This document shows, piece by piece, positions 60,591 through 64,000 of a DNA stretch of 64,000 nt. This stretch comes from Lytechinus pictus (lineage: Eukaryota), in assembly GCF_037042905.1 (NCBI RefSeq), contig NC_087254.1, forward strand, positions 19,592,001 to 19,656,000, in the 5' to 3' direction. A program made the translations under genes and the position numbers. Numbering within the stretch: the stretch's first letter is position 1; each line of letters begins with the position of its first letter. Under the pieces are notes generated by a model. The model was given only the letters and a program-made list of their open reading frames with translations. It had not been told where the DNA came from and searched no databases.

Positions 60591-63500
60591 AGTATATAGG
60601 CCTCAATAAATGCAGAATTATATAGCACAGCAGCTAGCCAGAGACCCGGTGACTCGGTGAGTATACTAGCTGCATGACCTTGTACACCAACACGTGGTTG
60701 ACAAATCAAGAGACACGCCTCCTAACCATCACAATACAATATGTACAATACTCGTATTATGTTCACAATAAATATAATACGGAGCTCGCTCCATGGCTTT
60801 AACCAATCAACTTGATATCTCGACATATACCAAATCCGATATGCTCGTAACATATAATCATACACATGAGTTTAAATTAGGCCGAATGTACAACTGTACA
60901 ATGGGATATACTCATGACTTATCATAGACTGTATACAAAAGTATTACATAATTATACTATATTTTAAAACATATATCAATTAGAAGTAAATGATATACTT
61001 ACCAATGCTGCGGGATCAATTACAGCACCGGTTTAGCACTGCTCACCTTCTTGTGCAACTCCATGCAACGTACTACTGATCAGAACTACGTCTTATTTGA
61101 GGAACACGGTTACAAGTTCGAATTCTTGCTAGAAATCACTGCAGATCTGTACACACGAGAATGACCTTTGAGATCATAAAGGTCAATTGAGGTAGCTTGA
61201 GCAATGTCATAAAAGAAGGAGTGAACTTTGATCCGAGCTGTTATCCATTTCTGAGGCGCAAACAATTAAGATTTAGGGAGCCAGCCGGTGTGGTATTATA
61301 CCAACAATAAGAGGTAATCAAACATTGTTTATTATTTCAAGTAAAATGTATTTTATCCCAAACTTATTAACTGAAAGCAAATTACTTTAGCTGCAGTGTT
61401 TATATTATATCGCTCATAATGTTTGCGGTTCATAATTTATTTAAGCTATATATTACAAATATGAGCTAGGATCTTCATTATGATTTTGAATGTTAATTTC
61501 GTCTTGTTAGCATGATATTCAAATAACAATTAACTAGGGCAACAGATGGTGAACATTTGTAGTATAGTCGATCATTGCAGTTATTCAATGGTAAACTCGA
61601 TCCCTTTAACTCGATCGTGATATTGTGAAGTTACATTTACCGATTGATCGATACCATGCACCCCATATCGCTTCCTCCCTCCACCAGCAAAAAAAAGGTC
61701 GTCACGGCACACCCCTCTTTTGTGTGGGGCAGTCCGGGGGGGGGGCAGTATTTTTTTTCCATTATTATCATTATTGTTATTTTATATTCTAATCATTTTT
61801 CTCTCCCAAAATTTAAGCATCCTACAGGGTAAGGGGCGCCCCGATCTAGTCTGCAGGCACAAACCCCCAGACCGTGATTGAAACTTTGATCAACAAGTGC
61901 GTCTCCACGCAAAGAATATCACATACAAAACTTGATGTTAGCAAAAGGGTCTTCAGTACACTAAGTATGAGTAGGCTGCACAGACCCATAACTCGAGTGA
62001 AGGGTTTGCCCAGCAAACTACCACCGATCCGAAACTGACGAAATTCTACTTTTAAATCAAAATTACCCTTCTCGTCTAAGCACATATCTAGTTGCAATTC
62101 CGGCATCTAAATATTAAAATGAATAAATAAATTGTGACCGTTTTTCAATTCAATTTAGAGATGAAGAAGAGTCTTGAAGACAGGCCAATAAAGGTAAACA
62201 CAAGCTTTGTCTGGTACGTTTGCTTGATACAAGCTAGCAACTAACAAATTATAGCTATTCTTGTTTGCTCTTTGAAATTTTGAACCAACGGATGAACGCC
62301 AAGTTTACACCAGAAAACCAATGAAAGAATGCCGCGATAATGATGAATGAAATAAAGATCAAAGTTCAACTAGTAATATTTTAGTTTAATTCATACTATT
62401 ATTCCCAAAGTATATTCAACTTTATATCGAACACGTGTATAAAGGAGAAGGGATAGGCCTCGCTATATGGCGAAAAGGGGAGAAATCAACTGATCTCTTT
62501 TTACTTGAGATGGCCATTCAATTTGGTAATTTACGACGAATCTTAAAAGTTGGAACAAATAAAAGGTTCAATAGAGGTTCAAATAGAGAATTTGTACGTA
62601 TTGTGAATGGGCTTAAATACAAATGAAATTTTCAACAAAACGACATAAGAATCAAACCACCTCAAAAGTTCCCAATTTAATAAAGAAAATCGTCATAAAG
62701 ACACACATCTTCTCCCACATAATTTGATACCGTTTTCTGTGGTATATGCTTACGCTTTTACAATCAGGAGGTATTCATTGCTTTGATGTAAAATTTGATG
62801 TCACATGAAGACATTATTGTAAAATACCTTTCTAGTTAAATTAACTTTTCGACAAACACTGTATGTTAACTCTCATTGACATGTTACAAATAACTAGTCT
62901 TGAAATGAACCTTTTGCGATATTATGTATTAATACAGAGAATAAATTAGAATATTTATAATTCTACTTGTGTAGAGAAACTAAAATGTTTTGGAGAGGTA
63001 AGTACCTGGTTTACTGCTACTTGTTGACAAAATTATTGCAAAATGTATTATTGAATAATGAATTAGTGCCTAATATTATTCCATTGAGCCTATATTACAA
63101 GACTACACTGTTGTTTTTTATTCTTAATCATATAAAGATGATTGGAATACCTTTTCCTGATTGGAATACCTTCCCCCCCCCCCCCCCAATAATGCTTGCA
63201 CACAATTTGAAAAAGAGGTCATCACAATAACACAGCAACAACAAAATGCAAATTTCTCTGATAATGTTCTGTGCATCCATTCAGTTTTTAATGACTCGAA
63301 TTTGCAGATGAACAGTTTGCAAACAATGAACACGTATACAAGTCATTAAGTGCTACCGATTCGCTGAACACACAAATACAAGTAGCTTATTAAAGTTGAG
63401 ACTCGTGATGTCAACATGAATGCCAATCAACTATAGATTTGATGTCTAAAGCACCACTGAAACAGTTTGAAGCTAGTAACTCACGAGAATTGGGAAAATG

Positions 63501-63591
63501 GGTGTAAATATCGGTAGGGAAAACTCAACATTCAATAAGATCGATCTTGTGAGTTCTGACCGAGGCAATATTTTGACGGTTCCATGACATG

Positions 63592-63778
63592 TGCTTCGGC
63601 GACAATTGCTCCGATGGAAAATCTGCACGTTAAGCCAAACATAAAACCTAATCTCCAAAACTAAATAAACCCTAATCCTTATCTTTACATTATTCTGAAC
63701 CAAAAACTCTATTACAATCCTAACTCTAACCCTATGCCTTCTGAGATATTAAAACCGGAGCAATTGTCGCAGGAGCAT
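63592..63778. mobile_element. Small MITE with a degenerate (TAACCC)-like spacer
   Basis: tgcttcggcgacaattgctccg ... cggagcaattgtcgcaggagca inverted arms around aaaccctaatcc/taactctaacccta hexamer-like repeats. Confidence 0.6.
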
Positions 63779-64000
63779 ATGTTGTGTCACCATTTTGACT
63801 TGTGAGAGATCGTATCATGCATGGTTTGCAATGTAAATCATTCTTACGAAAGAATAAATAACTAAATGAGGTGGTTATTGTTCAAAGCTTCCATTGCAAT
63901 ACTCTGACGGGATGCATCTGATTTCTTTTTTCCATAACCAAGCAAGCCCAGAAACTGTTTTGAAGACTTTGAAATGGATTATACCTGTATGACTTAACAT

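Noticed and set aside
62063-62106. Possible terminal exon (..DAGIATRYVLRREG*) of a minus-strand gene entering from the right; overlaps the 86-aa ORF 61846-62106
   Set aside because: The acceptor is plausible, but I found no upstream exon in the window and do not recognise the peptide.
63640-63735. Interstitial telomere
   Set aside because: Highly degenerate TAACCC-like units enclosed by MITE inverted repeats, not a true (TTAGGG)n array.

Overview
AT-rich, intron-rich animal genomic DNA. The repeat landscape (poly-G/C mini-elements, TTAA- and TA-flanked MITEs, (CAT)n tracts) looks like a sea urchin or other invertebrate deuterostome; this is an inference. I reconstructed three spliced minus-strand genes by hand, all with GT-AG introns and consistent phases: ASPSCR1/TUG (17 coding exons, 4169-16911), GNPTG (11 exons, 21969-45994) and an unnamed saposin-B/Canopy-like ER protein ending in KDEL (5 coding exons, 49485-53112). 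GNPTG intron 1 holds an antisense head-to-tail Ty3/Gypsy array: LTR, intact gag-pol, LTR, truncated gag-pro, with a tRNA-Leu PBS. Its unusually long (~1.9-2 kb) LTR contains what looks like a 4-exon/3-intron non-coding spliced unit, which is the most unusual observation here. A second young, intact CsRn1-clade Gypsy element (54543-60590) has near-identical 865-bp LTRs, a tRNA-Trp PBS and a clear -1 frameshift signal (GGGAAAC plus an H-type pseudoknot). Many MITEs, a tRNA-derived SINE, tandem duplications and fold-backs fill the introns.
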